Source: Rhodosorus marinus CCMP1338 (taxonomy: Eukaryota; Plantae; Rhodophyta). Taken from it: DNA of 64,000 nucleotides. Shown piece by piece: positions 24,800 through 38,145 of this stretch; the first letter of the stretch is position 1, and every line of letters starts with the position of its first letter. The position numbers and the translations under genes are program-made. The stretch covers positions 2,232,001 to 2,296,000 of the forward strand of contig JAMWBK010000006.1 of NCBI GenBank assembly GCA_029953675.1, read 5' to 3'. Below the pieces are notes generated by a model. It did no database searches. It saw only the letters and a program-made list of their open reading frames with translations, and was not told the origin of the DNA.

Positions 24800-27700
24800 C
24801 TACCGACGCCTCTTCGACCCCGCTGAATACTTTCCGCGCTTCTCCTTGGAAGGCCGCCTGCGGTCGTCATCACTTCCACCCCTATCTGCATCCTCCTAAA
24901 CGACGAAAGCAAAACCAGATGTAAGCTAAGCCCAAGCCGTTGCACACCATCAGCCCTTCCCCAAACACAACTGATTGAGACTTGTGCGTCACAAACCCTG
25001 GCGGCCTTCTTCTCCAGTTCATCCCAACTCATTCCCTCCTCGTCGGAAGACAGTTCTGCCTCTCCTTCTGCGCTGTCACCACCAAGCTCATCCTCGAAGG
25101 CATCACCTGAATCCTCTGATTCCTCATAGTCATCCGACTCCTCTTCGCTTTCCTCATCTTCGGCGGACTCCTCCTCGAGCTCAAATTCTTCATCCCCTGT
25201 TCCACGAATTGCGTAAGCACCACAGCCACGAGCACAGTTCAACAGCCGCTTCAGTTCTCAGGAATTGCCTACCTTCTTCAAGTTCTTCTTCCTGCTCCTC
25301 TCCCTCTTCATCTCCTTTGTCTTCGAGGAAGTTCCATCCGCCAGATTCAACAAAGTCCTGCGGAATCCAGTCAACCCCTTCAGCCTCTCTTTGTCGATTT
25401 CGAGCACGAAGCCTCGTTATTTAGGTTGTACAGTGCGACTCGCTCACCGCATAGTTCTCACGAATATTCGATAGGACGTTGTCCCACACGAGATTCGTTG
25501 AGCCCTCGTAGTATTTAATCTCCTGCTCATCAAGAAACTTTCTGAGAGGGTCCAGCTCTTGAGTAGGGATAGATGAAATACGGCTCCAAGATACGCCTTT
25601 AGCAGTTTCCTCGACGAAATCCTATGACCCACGCATGAAAAGAAAAGAAAGTTAGAAAGTTGGGTTACGCATACTACGATTTGCCGCCGGTCTCTGTCTA
25701 TCGCCTTAAACTCACCTTGGAGACGAAGACGAGGTCAAAGTTCTTAAGCGAGAACGAGACGCGCTCCAGGTAAGCGAGCTCCACGTTCTGAAGGGAGAGG
25801 ATGAATGGAGGCCAATCGACCAACGAAACAATGCACGAAACCGTTGGCATTAGGAAAACATTCGCGTTCTTGGGTGCGCCGTGAAATCCTGCTCGCGGAG
25901 ACAGTAAATGTGCTTAGTTCGTGAATGAGACGCAGGGGCTGCTCACAACACGACAGGGTGCTGGCCAGGGTTGCTCCTGGAGGTGAAAGGTGTACCTAAG
26001 TTTCGATAAGGAGCGTCGAACTCGAGATTATACTTTTCTTCGACGTCCTTCGTGAACTTGAGGAAGATATTGTTCATACGGTTTCTTCGTTCCCGCTCCC
26101 TCTGTTCTTCAACCAGTTCATCCTGATCGTATGCCTTTCTCCTCGTCTCGTTGAGCTTCACAGCGCTTTCCATTACTTCAACGTAGAATTGCACGTCGTT
26201 CTATGAAAAGCAAAAAGATCGAAACTAGGCGGTCAGCTTCTCGACATCCCCAGCACCGTAAGATTGCAAAAGGTCAAAAAGTCCATCGTCCTACCGTTTT
26301 CTTGTTCCTGATCATTATCGGATTTATCAAGTTGAAATGCAGCAGCACGATGACCTCACTCTTCGCCTCCTGGAAGAAAGCGTGCTTAACATTTGCGTAA
26401 ATAACGTCGATATGAACGCCCTTCGCGGTACGGAACCTACGGGGTAAACAAAAATTGTCCCCCAACTCGAGATTAAATGTGCTGGCTCCGAAAAGGTCGC
26501 AGAGAAGAACCAACGGGAAGCGGAAATGGGACCAGCATACCTGAAGCCGTTCGTATGAGCTTCTAAGATACCCTTGTTCCCCTTTCCACTCTGTACTGAG
26601 GGGCGGATGGCTACGTCGTTTAGATATGGCTTTCTTGTCGCGCTCCTATCCAAGATCAAGTTCTCCTGCTGTACTTGAACTTCCGGCTTCGACGCTTCTT
26701 GCAGTTGAGAAACAAAACGACGCCTAATCACCGAATCGAACGTCGAATGCGTTTAGGGTTTTTTCCTCGTTAGAAAGAAGAGGCGTGTCCTAAAAAGAAG
26801 ACGGGCAATGCAACCCTTCAAGCTTTCATTGTCTCTCGATACTACAATACCTCAACTCCCTAATCCTTCGGACGCTCTCGTTTATGTTGTCCGAGTTCGC
26901 ACTTCTGAACGTCAGCTCCTTTATGAAATCCTTGTCTGGATCTGGAAACTTGGGGGTATCAGCTTTGTTGCGATCTAAGAATCGAAGAAGAAAATTGAAA
27001 GGGGAGTTCGGTTTTCCGTTTAGCGCTCCACAGGAACGATGAACCCTGGGCCAGTCACTCACTGTTCAAGTTCCCTGAAGCAGGAAAGTGAAAGTTGATT
27101 CTAATGTATGAGTTGTCTCCCTCTTCGATCTTTCCAACGTTCTTGACGGCCGAAATATGAAAAGGGACCGGAACTCCATTGATCGGCAGCAGGATCGATT
27201 CGTTCTGCATATCTACATATATCTGCCTCGGTTTCAGGGACGCGGGGTAGGCTTCGGGCGACTCGTATGCTACGTACTCATCCAACGTCTTCTCCTGTAT
27301 TCCAAAAACGAGAGCAATTTAAGCTTCACTAGATTCATGGTGTGCTTCAGGTCATCTCCGCTCATTTGTATCCTGGCTTTTGCTCGGCCAATCTTTACAA
27401 ACCTTCCCGGCTTTCTTCGAGGGATCAGTTGATTTTGCCTCTCCCAGTCGAGCTTTTCCCTCCTCCAACATTCGACGAGCGAGTTCCTCCTGATGCTTTT
27501 TTCGTTTTTCTATTTCTGCGGTTGTTTCTGCGATCTCCGACGCTGCTTTGGCGTGCCTGCTTCGTCTCGAGCCCGTCTGTAGCTCCGCCTCCTAGAAATT
27601 GTACAAACAGTCCGTGAGGGGCCCGGCCAAGAGAAGCGAGCGAGTAGTTCATTCAGGAGGAAGCAATTTCTTACCCGAATCAAAAGCTCATCCTCATCCT

Positions 27701-29671
27701 CTTCCTCATCCTCCTGTTCTTCATCTTGCAGTTTGTAAGATATGCTCTTAAAAGCCTTCTTGCAAGACTGCGTGTAGACCTGCAGTTGCGAGTTTTTGGG
27801 TAATCAGCAATAGTTCATGTCCTTCGAAACCGAGAGACCATTCCTGAATGTCAACTGGGATACTTTCGTACCACTGGTGATTCCCCCTCCTTCGGTACGA
27901 CCACAGTATCAGCTACCATCAATGCATAGTCGCCTTTCTTGTCATCTTTGAGATTCTGGAGTCCAACAGCTACGTTAAAAACCATTCCAGGCTCCAGCAA
28001 TCTCTCGTTCTTCGCGTTCAACACAAATGCGGCATCTCTGTATTCGATCCCTTTTTGGATGGACGATTAAAGGGACAGGTTACTCATTAAGCGTCCAGCA
28101 ATTCATACGACCTCTGGTGAACACGTGTTCAAGAAAGCATGTCAGCTGAAAACGCACCAATTCCAAACCCAACGTTTTTCGGCAAATGGCTGGACAAGCC
28201 CTCCTTCTTTGAGTTCAGTTTTGCAGCAACAGTTTTGAACACTGTATTGAGTTTTTGACCTTGCTTCAACGCACCAATGGCTGCTGCCTGGCCTTCAACC
28301 AGCGCCTGCACATGTATAAAAATTTCCCTTGTAAACCAAAACGAGAACACGTCCACCCAACCACCAAATCAAACTTGAACGGAATGCTTGTCGGAAGCTC
28401 CTACCTCATAGATCCGTTCCTGCTCCGCAGATGCATCAATCAGGTACGTCCGAATAGCGTTCGAGCAGTAGTTTCTATACCTCGCACCCAGGGAGCAGAT
28501 GAGACAGCCGGCAGTTAGAGGCTTGTCATCGCTCTGGGCGGATGGTCGAAGATCATATTTCCCTCCCGACTGGATAATTGGTGGGTAACAAGGATCGCAG
28601 AGTTTCGCTTCAAGGGAGCCCATCTTAACCTGCAGATGACAACGGTTGGACCGAAAGGAAAGTTATACTACTGAAGCTGTCTTCTGGCGCGATCGAAGGT
28701 CCCTCATCTGACGTGCTAGCTCTCACCCTCCTCGGTTCTAATATACAGTTCTCAACCCGCTCGCTCAATCTAGCATGGCTGATCTTCTTATCCCTGTCGA
28801 GGATATCCTCCACTTCCGGAAGGAGGAAGTGCTTGAACACGTTGCATGTCAACTCAGCGGCAGTTTTAATCAGGGGCAGTTCTTTTTCGTCTTTTACATT
28901 CATTACCAAGCTCAAGCCTTCAGATATGTTTTCCTGCGCAACGAGTGGAGGTGACGAGAAAGGGCTGAGCCCTCCACCCCTTTTTTTTTCCAGTATGGTA
29001 GGATCGTAAAGAACGAAGCAATTAAGCATACCTGATCCACTTCCGCGGCCTTGAGCGTATCTGAGAGTTCGTCAATGTTGTCACCGTGGTGCTTCTCCTT
29101 GGTCAAGACGCCAACAGGTCCATCAACACCTGCTAGAGCCTCCTTGATTGTGCCCTATTCACATTTAGCGCGAAAAGATGAGAATTTTGCGTCGATTCCG
29201 GGACTTGTCCAGCTCCTGCATTGAGAAGGGGTGAAGGGCCTCACCGCTTTATAAGGAGTCACGACGACGTCCAGCTTATGTGTCGCCGATTCGGCTCTTT
29301 TTCGAACTAGCTTGGAAACGCTTTGTTCGTCTTCTTCCTTGCAGAGGATCTTCGCAGATTTCTTCGTCAAGAAAAGCAGAGTTCCTTGCAGCTCCGAACC
29401 AAAAAGCCAGGTGAACAGTGCATACGATTTAAGGTATCCAATATCTTCATCCTGGTCGATCTATTGAACGAGTCAACAGCAACAGGGTCAGAAGTAGAAC
29501 TGAGAAAGAAGAGTGGGTTTACGATCAAAAAGCTCCGCTTTATGCAAATGCTGCTCATCTGACCTTTCCCGTGATGATCGCAAGAGAATTACATCCTGCA
29601 AACCCAGCGCCTTTCTCCAACCACCGATCGTACATGGTGGATAGCCTTTCATGAAAAGTTTCCGATGCCAT
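24800..29671 (-). CDS. SPT16: FACT complex subunit SPT16, multi-exon
   Basis: 'FHERL..MYDRW', 'CYPPIIQSGGKYDLRPSA', 'SLGARYRNYCSN', 'QIYVDMQNESILLPINGVPVPFHISAVKNV', 'YIRINFHFP', 'LEAHTNGFRY', 'NVKHAFFQ', 'FYVEVME' and an acidic C-tail with 'SWDELEKKA'. Confidence 0.97.
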
Positions 29672-31062
29672 CGCCTCTTTCTCCTCGGACAGGTGAACAA
29701 GCTGAAAAGTACCAAGAAAACAGACAACACCAGGAGATCCGTCAGGGCCTCGTGCTCATCGTATGGTACGTGCTTCAAATTCTCAGAAGAAACCACAGCA
29801 GCGAAAGCGAACCAAGCGGAAGAAATCTGATCCAAAGAACTCACCTCAAGAAGTTACGCTCTAAGCTCTCCACATCCGGGCCCAACAACAAGACACCTCC
29901 AAAACAAAAGTTTGAAATGAAATCTTCAATTCTGACACGATCAGTACATATCCAAATCTTAGCTAACGCATCATCGCATTCCCCCACCCTCCCCCCCCGT
30001 CCTAGGATCGTTCCCAATTTTTCTCACCACCCTCCTCTCCATTCCCCAAACCCAAAGCCCGTTAATGCCAAACGAGTCCAGTCAATCATTCAACGCAAGC
30101 TAGACAATTTATGACAAGGACTACCCTAAATTCCTTTTAATTGCGCGGGAACTAAGCCGCTGCCATAAACAGAATATAGAAAGGGGGGTAATGTTTTGTC
30201 TTGTATGGCTCAAGTATTCTAAAAAAATGTGAAAACCAAAAACCAGAACTAAAATGAATCCCCCTAAAATTCCAAGTTGTCTTTCTTAATTAAGCGGAAA
30301 ATGGACATTTTTAGGATAGGAAGATATCTCAAGTATTGACTGAACTCTGTTTTTTAGTTATTCGTGGACGGTTCGGCATTGTATTTTTCGTGGAATAAAA
30401 GGTTTTCTTGCGACACAAACATTAATTTCAATCATTATGTTTTGTCGAGTGGTGGGTGAGTGAAGGCATAGTTTGTCTGGTAGATGATCGACAGGGCGGA
30501 TTCCTAGGCTCCCAGTTGAGTGTAGTATTCCCCCTGTTCTACATGCGGAGATTAGCGTACCTTCCTTCCACATTGTGTTGATTGTCCTCTGTGGCCTGCA
30601 TGTTTGACATAGGTCATCGATCGGTGCCGATCTCCATCTTGAACGGCTGGCAAACGACTGAGCTATCCGTGGTCCCCTGGTCGATAGATTTTGTTGTGCT
30701 CTGGTGTAGATACTGGAAACCGTCCGGTGTGTCCTCGTTTCGTGTTTGATAAGCTATGTACTCTCTCGACTTTAATTTTTTTCCCATCAATTATTTTTCC
30801 CCTTGAATTCAATCCCTCGACGTCGACCTTCATAGAATCACCTGCGGCTAATATCATCTACTACCGCTGACGTCTTCATTGAACATCCCCTCTCCTCCAA
30901 GTTCAACCAAGCGATTCTCCAGTCAGCTCGGCCTCATGCGGAGAACGAGCTCTGCTTCTTCGGGTAAGCCGCGCATTTCCGTTGCTTTTTGTTTTGACAT
31001 TGTCTCCCCGCTATGGTCCATTAGTCCTACGAGCATTGTATTCTACACTCTATGGGCCCAGG

Positions 31063-32954
31063 TCACACTATGGGCACGTTCTTAGCTGCCTTACCCTGAG
31101 ATTTTTTGACCTTGATAGTTCTCACGATGTCTGCCATTTCTTCCTGTGAGCAGGCTTTTCTCAAGAACGGATGGGCGAGGAGAGCAGTTGCCGTGGAACG
31201 GCGTCTTGGATTTTTTTGAAGGCAGTGGGCAAGGAAGTCGTTGAACTCCGCAGACCACCGGCCTGCTGGTAGTCTGGGAGGCTCCGAGGTTGTTATCAAG
31301 TACATCGCTCTGACCGCCTTTTCTCCGTACAGGGGTGGCTCCCATTCAGCACATTCGTATGCGAAGATTCCGATGCTCCATATGTCAACCTGTACGTGGG
31401 ATGGAGATAGAGGTCAGGAGAGAATGGAAAGCTCCCCCGCTGGGCAAAGATCTCTGTTGAGCAGAACAGTTCTTACTTTGTAGTCATATCCCATGCATTT
31501 CACAAGCTCTGGAGCCATCCAGTAGGGTGTACCGACCTTGCTCATCCGCTTGTCCCCATCCGAGGAGAGCTCGCAGCAGAAACCAAAGTCTGAGAGCTTA
31601 ACCTCACCCCCCATGCCGAGGAGAATGTTGTCACTCTTGATATCGCGGTGGAGTCGTCTCATGTTGTGCATGAACTGGAGACCCTTCAGAGACTGTTCAA
31701 AGGAGACCAGAATATCAGGTATGGGATCCAACGATGGTAATGAAAGGTACACTAATTTTCCGTCCAGATAGCATGTTTGAACCGCTTCCAGAGCTGACAG
31801 TTTTTCTTACCTCTCTGACGATATAGGCGATGTGCTCCTCATAGAATCTGGTTCTGCGCCTCTGCAAGAGCAGCAGAACGTCAGTCACCGCTCCGCCCTC
31901 CATAAACTCCATTGAAATCCAGAGCTATAGATTATGGAGCACATTGGCGAGGCCCATGGTTAGTCACTTTAACGGGTGTGTTGATGCAGTGGTTGACGCA
32001 CAGAAGGCTGCGAATTACCTTTTTGTTCCATCTGTAAGTTTCGTAGCACTTGATCAAGTTCTCGTGTCTGGTACAGGCCATCACCTCAATTTCGAACTCG
32101 ACGGCCTCTTTTTCATTCTGACACTTTGGTTTCACTTGCTTCAGCGCCATTTTCTTCCCTTCACGGTTTATCGCTACAAACACGTGACCCGAAGCGCCCT
32201 CCCCGATCTTTCGCAGATTCTGGAAGTGTTTGAACGGATCTTCGTCGACAAAAATTGGATGTTCTGGCGGGATTGAAACTCGAAGTGAATTGGTCGCTGC
32301 GGACAACCCAGAGTAGTAACATCTGGACTTGGATTGTTCCGAGCTTGTGTTGGGGGACACCATCTCGTCAAGCGGAATATTTCTCGGATTGCCTTGATTG
32401 CTCGGCGGCTTCAGGGCCCCAAATTTGTAGAGTTGCAAGGCGCCTACGGCCGCGTCCGCATCCCTCTCCAGGTCCTCTCGCTTTATTCCTTCCTTCATGA
32501 GCTCCGCCTCCATTTCATGCGGGAGTCCGGAGAAACCAACTTCGTCCACAACAACATGAACCCGCTGCTCAACTGCAGTTGGAAGCGTTATCTCAATATT
32601 CGACATATCCTTTGCCGACGTCTTCGGGGTTCGCGCGAAAATATCCCGCATCGGAGTTCGAGCTCGTGCTGGCATTCCCGGATTAGGATTTCCAAACTGC
32701 TTGGCCGACTTCTGAGTCGTCGGGCTGTTCTTATGCAGCGAACCCGATTTATCGTTGGACACAAACGGTTCCCAACTTTGATCCGCCGTAGTCTGAGCAG
32801 AAAGAGGGTTGGAATTTCTCGCGTTGGAATCGTTCTCATTGGTTCTCCCAGTCGCGTCGACACCATCAAACATCCTAGCTATGGTTGCCAAGTCCAGCAC
32901 CTCCTCTGGGTCCGGCCCCGTCCTCGGGGACTTCTTTTTAAAAAAACCGAACAT
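31063..32954 (-). CDS. PAK/STE20-family Ser/Thr kinase with CRIB (p21-binding) domain; 3' end may extend further
   Basis: CRIB-like 'ITLPTAVEQRVHVVVDEVGFSGLPHEM'; kinase motifs 'KIGEGASGHVF', 'HRDIKSDNILL', 'KLSDFGFC', 'GTPYWMAPE' and 'WSAEFNDFL...RRRSTATALLAHPF'. Confidence 0.92.
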
Positions 32955-34938
32955 TCCGAAAAGAAAACTTATCAACTAGTCTCACCCAACCTCACCTTTC
33001 AGGAAAACCATTCCCATATCCAACCAACCTTCGCCTCAAACACCTCCGAACATCCCAAACAACATCATCCGGAGCCTATCTCCGACTCAACTCCAAAACT
33101 CCGAAAAGCCCCAAATCTATCCCCCTCCTTCGTCGTATAAGAGGCATATGCCAGGAGAATATATCCAATATCCCATAAACCACTCGGAGCAGTACTCGCT
33201 GGCACCCTAACCCAGCCACCCAGCCTGGCTAGGATGATCCTCTCAACGGAAAAACCCTCGTATTATTTTTCCTATTCAAAAGTAACGGCTAGGCCAATAC
33301 TTCCTTCTGACACCTAAAAATGGACCGTTCTCATCAATACTTCCAACAAATCTCCTCCTCTAAATTATCTAGAAATATAAGAATTGTAGCTTCCAATAGG
33401 CTAAAGCTTAACACGCATCTTTTTTATACTCTCAATTTATTTATTTTTACGGTTTTTGTTAGTGGGATGAATTTCTTGTTTGTTTTTGTTTTTTAATTTA
33501 TTCTCGAAGGGCCTGGTTCTTTATGCAGCGATGACCGTTTCGTAACTAGTGGGAGGCACTGCGGCTTATTGTCGCTTCTAGCACAGTGAGATGGGCGTGA
33601 GGAAGGAAGGCATTGGATATGGAATCGAAAAAGCTGCTATGTGTCTAATTCTTTTGGGGAAACATGAAATGTTGAAGTATCGAAGGGTCTTGAGGTGTGC
33701 ATGTTATGAAGTCGTTCGTACCCTGAACTGGTTTGGGTGGTGTTTTCAGAGAGACTTTTCGTTTTGGCATTAAAGGTGAACATGGGCAAGGGGTTACAGT
33801 TTGACCATGAAGAAACGCTGGGTTCATCCATCCCCTCCTTGCTTTCTCTTCTCTGTGACCGGGACGTCACCCGAATTTGGCAGTTGTGGGGGTGGTGAAA
33901 GAACGAGATTCTTGATGATTGGCACAAACCATCTCTTGCACCATGATATTACCCGATGAATCAACCTTGAACAATGTTATCTGACCCCCGCAGAGCCTCC
34001 GCTGCGAAAAGGAAACATTCGCCCATCCTAAATGTCCCGCACTCACGTGTATTCAATGTACGAAAGCCACAGTACTGCACACCTGCGCTGCTAGGGGAAG
34101 TCCCGCGGAAACCTTAAGTGTCCCCACCTCTAATGCTCGACTGTGGAAAAACCTATCAATCAATATTCGAGTCAGTCAATTAAAACATGAACTTTTCATA
34201 AAAAAGTCATGATCAATCCAATGGATTATGTCCATCAGTTCAGCCCCCCCCCCCCGAGGCCGTCCCTTAAACTCCAAAATAGTGGGTTTATTTTATTGAT
34301 TTATCTACAAAGACTCGGAAATGCAAGAATGAAAGGGGGTTTATAGTTACTCCGAATTGATTGAGGCACGAGCACCTGTACTGATTTCGTAATTTTATTC
34401 GTTTTTATGCTCGCTCGGTTGGGAACATGGGTCTCAGGCTTGGCCTTATGGAAGTTTGTAAATTTCAAAGGTTGTCGGCTAGGGCAGGACCGGTCGTGGG
34501 ATGACGTTCAGGAACGATGGGAAGAAGGGGGTTGGGCGGGTGTGTGGCTTAGGGAAAGTGTTTGGGGGAGGGGGTGGTGGGGATGGGGATGGGAAGGGTT
34601 TTTGCAGAGGAAAATGGGGTGTTAGGTATGAGGAGCATTTTTTGAATGTGAACCAGCTGCTTGGAGCTGGAAGAAAAAACGTGGCGATTGGGGGGTTGCG
34701 AAGATCTTTTCTGATCTAGGTATGATTCATGCGAGATTTTGATCGAACGCGCCCCTGTTCGTGTCCGAGGAAGACCGAGGAAGACTGTAATCGGACATTC
34801 GGTGAGTTTGAAAGGCTGGTTCGGATGATTTTTGCTTTCGATTGGGTTTTGCTTACGACATGGCTATATTCTGAGTTGATTTTTTCTGTTCTGTACATGC
34901 TGGTAGTCGCCCTCTGGTGAATTCATGTAGTTGGCTAT

Positions 34939-36495
34939 ATGACCACCTCTTCATCAATCTCTGGATCTCCAGTCGGATCTCCCAAAAATTCGAATCAGGG
35001 GTCGAGAAGAAAATGGAGGGCTGTTCCAACCCATCGACACACAATCGGTGCGTTCAGAGAAGGAGCGCGGCCGTTTCAACCTCCATGGTGCATTATTTCG
35101 CTTAAATACGAAGCGAAAGTCAATACTGCGCTCTGCATCGCTGAAGGACCTAGCCTCAATGTACTGCTACACATGGAAGATCCACCACTCGACCAATCCG
35201 CCGCAGCCAAGGTAGGCAGCTGCACAAGAATATGGACACCTTGCACTCACAATTGTGCTCCGCCTTCACTCCTACTTTCACTGGCATCACACCGCGTGAT
35301 TGGGATCTCCTCTTATTATTTCCTACGTCTCTCTTATTGTGCTGTCAAACCTTAGACATCTTCTGCGGGGGCTAAGACCCGGAGTTTCAATTCCATTCTT
35401 CGGATCGATCTTACGGAGGTCATTGGCTCGGAGACTAGGATATGTTGCCTCGCCTCATGCAAGACACCTACGAGTTGGATAGTCATTGGCCTGGAGTCTG
35501 GTGCACCGATCATTGTCGATATCGAGACGCAACGGGTCGTTTGCGCATACCAAGCGCCGAAAGGCAGTGGAGAGGTCTGCAGTATCGCCACCGCCAACGA
35601 CCGGATGTTCGCCACCGGCCACAGCACAGGCGAAGTGCTAGTCTGGAGTTACGTTTTTCATGCTTCTGACAATCGCCATGGCGATGGTGATAAACTGCGA
35701 GCTGTTGGATTCAAAGGTATGGTGGCCCTAGGCCGCATTAGCAACGTCCATAGAAATCTGAAGTCAAGGTCCTGAACTGTACGTATTTCATCCTCTTCGC
35801 CTGTTTCCGCCAGATGATGTTGCCCAAGAGGAGTTCTACTGCGATCAACCGATCGCCGTAGTTCCAAGAATTGCTGGACGCGTGACGGCAATGGCCTTTC
35901 AATTCGAGAAGCTCGCGGTTACGTCCAAAAGTGGCTATTTGTCCGTGATATCTGTACAGCGTGACTCCAATCACGAGATCGATTCCTCCAACTCCGTTGG
36001 GGGTGTGAGCCGCGCTGTAGAATATGGGGAGGCGTTGTGTGTCTCCTGGAGTGGACCCAGTGTTGTCGTCACCGGTGGAGAAGACGATCTCGTATGGATC
36101 CACCTGGTTTCGAGCGATCCAGTAGAAAGACGAGAGTTGAAGGGCCACAACTGCTTTGTCACAGGATTGTTTATTTTGAAGGGGAGAAATGAATCGCCTG
36201 AATTCCGGGACATGATCAGCTGTGGATTAGATGGCAGACTGATTCTCTGGCTGCAGAACAAAAGCAAGGTAAGACCCACGCTCGTTCCTCTTCCAAGGTC
36301 TCTTCCGGAACATTTCGGCTGAGGTTTGCTTTCACGTTATCCATGCCGTTTGAATAGGAGATCCTACACGAGGAAGGCGAGTCATTCTACGGGTTGGAAG
36401 GTCGGGGAGCGGCGGTATACACAATAGGAGTGGATGGGAGTGGAAAGTGGTCCCTAAATCGTTATGTTATTGATCCTGATATATGGAATAACTAA
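34939..36495 (+). CDS. WD40-repeat protein, WDR20/DMWD/CreC-like; start uncertain
   Basis: 'KLAVTSKSGYLSVI', 'ALCVSWS..VVVTGGEDDLVWI' and 'ELKGHNCFVT' match the WDR20-family TGGEDDLV signature; several short introns. Confidence 0.75.
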
Positions 36496-36782
36496 GAATA
36501 AATTAACATCTTCACGTAGCTTTGTGATTTGAAGAATTGCATCACTCGACGACGAGGACGATGCATTGACTCCGGCAACGGTATGTTTCTGTACTTAGCA
36601 CATTTACAAAAGAAGCCCTCCAGACGCCTTTTCAAAAGAATCCCTCCAAACGCCTTTTGTACAAATATTCATTACGTGCACACTGGTGTGTTCCAGTCCT
36701 GCGCCACTGATAGCACAGGACATGGCCTCCAAAACTACAATTGGCGATCCCGTATGGCCCGCGTCTGTCTCCGCGGGCTTAA

Positions 36783-38145
36783 TTACAATCCTAGCTGATG
36801 CCACACCTCATCAGCCGACGACGGAGCGACAGAGAAAAGCGCAAAGCTCTACAAGTAGAGAGGTTTTTAAGAAACAAAAGCACGACCTCGCCCTCAGAGT
36901 CGCATCTTTTGCTTCGCCGCTCTCACTAGCAGGGTTACGTACCTCTTCGATTATGTCTTGAAGAGCCTCAGGTAGTTGTATGAACTTGGGTACTCGTCGG
37001 CCACGGAGATGCATTACACAGCTTCCCTTTCCTCCAAACCATAAAGGACATCGACCATGCCTGGTCCACAGAGACCGATTTGGGCTTGAATCCAACAAAT
37101 AGTCTGGGGATGAGCGCATTCAGAAGACGTCAATCAGCTACCACTTGTTCAATGAACAAGGGAATGAACTTGTAAACAACCGCTTACCATACTTCTCAAA
37201 GAATGGAAGGACAAAGTTCCCGGTGGTGCTTGGGCTCGGGCTTGGGAGTGGACCCTGAAGAGGGGGTCGTCTCCCCCTGACGAATCCATGCACAAGATCT
37301 ATAGATGCGACTCCTCCAAATTCAGGTGGGAGTACTTCAGCTTTACGCCCAGACTGCACTTTGGATGCCGCAGATTCGATCGTCATCCTTCCATCCTCGA
37401 AGAGGCTCAGCCTAGCAAGCTGGTTGAGCACAGACGCTGCTGATGTGAGCACGTATGAAGTAAGCGTGAAATTGGTGGTCTGTTCGCGTACCTGAAAAGG
37501 ATACTGTACTGGATCAATGCCGTCCTTAACCTGTCCCATGATGTTGACCGATGCTTCGTACGAACTTGAACTTGGATCTTTGTGGAAAATGATTTTCCTC
37601 GAGGCGATCATGGCCTGCATGTGGCATTCGTCTTCGTTCTCGCATAGTCTTGGCTTCTCCACCAACTTCAGTGCCTCCAGACCTTCCAACTTGGTAAGAA
37701 CCAAACCCCGATTAACGTCTACCAGATCGCCCTCGCTGTACCAGAAAACGTCATGACTACCGTTTCCCGCCCGGCGCTCGACAAACTGTCGGAATAATCG
37801 TTCGTTCCATTTGTCTCCTTTGAATCGTCCAGTGACACCTTCAAACACAGACGTAATCAAGTCCATAGCGCCCATGCATTTCCAGATCTGTCCTTGCATA
37901 TGTCCATTTCGGTCTGATCCTCCTCCGCCGACAAGCAGCAAAAGTTCGGGCAACTACAAATTAGTCCCAATCCAATTCGTGGCCGGCGGATTGGAACCGA
38001 TGTGATCTAGTCGGCCAAACGAGGCGTGGATTGCATTGTCAATCAGTCTCGCAACACTTTGGTGTTGATAAGGGCTTAGGAGATCCAGCGGAAGTATAGA
38101 TGATTGTGCGCTCATCCACTGGCTGAACGTACCCGCGCGTCTCAA
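36783..38145 (-). CDS. DUF1838-like conserved algal/bacterial protein; 5' end uncertain
   Basis: 'DVFWYSEGDL...LTKLEGLE', 'SRKIIFHKDP' and, after splicing, 'WTRHGRCPLWFGG...HLRGRRVPKFIQLPEALQDII' resemble the DUF1838 pattern as I recall it. Confidence 0.5.

Noticed and set aside
9489-31030. The same 16-mer atggtccattagtcct at ~9489 and ~31014
   Set aside because: About one shared 16-mer is expected by chance in a 64-kb self-comparison, and the flanks are unrelated.
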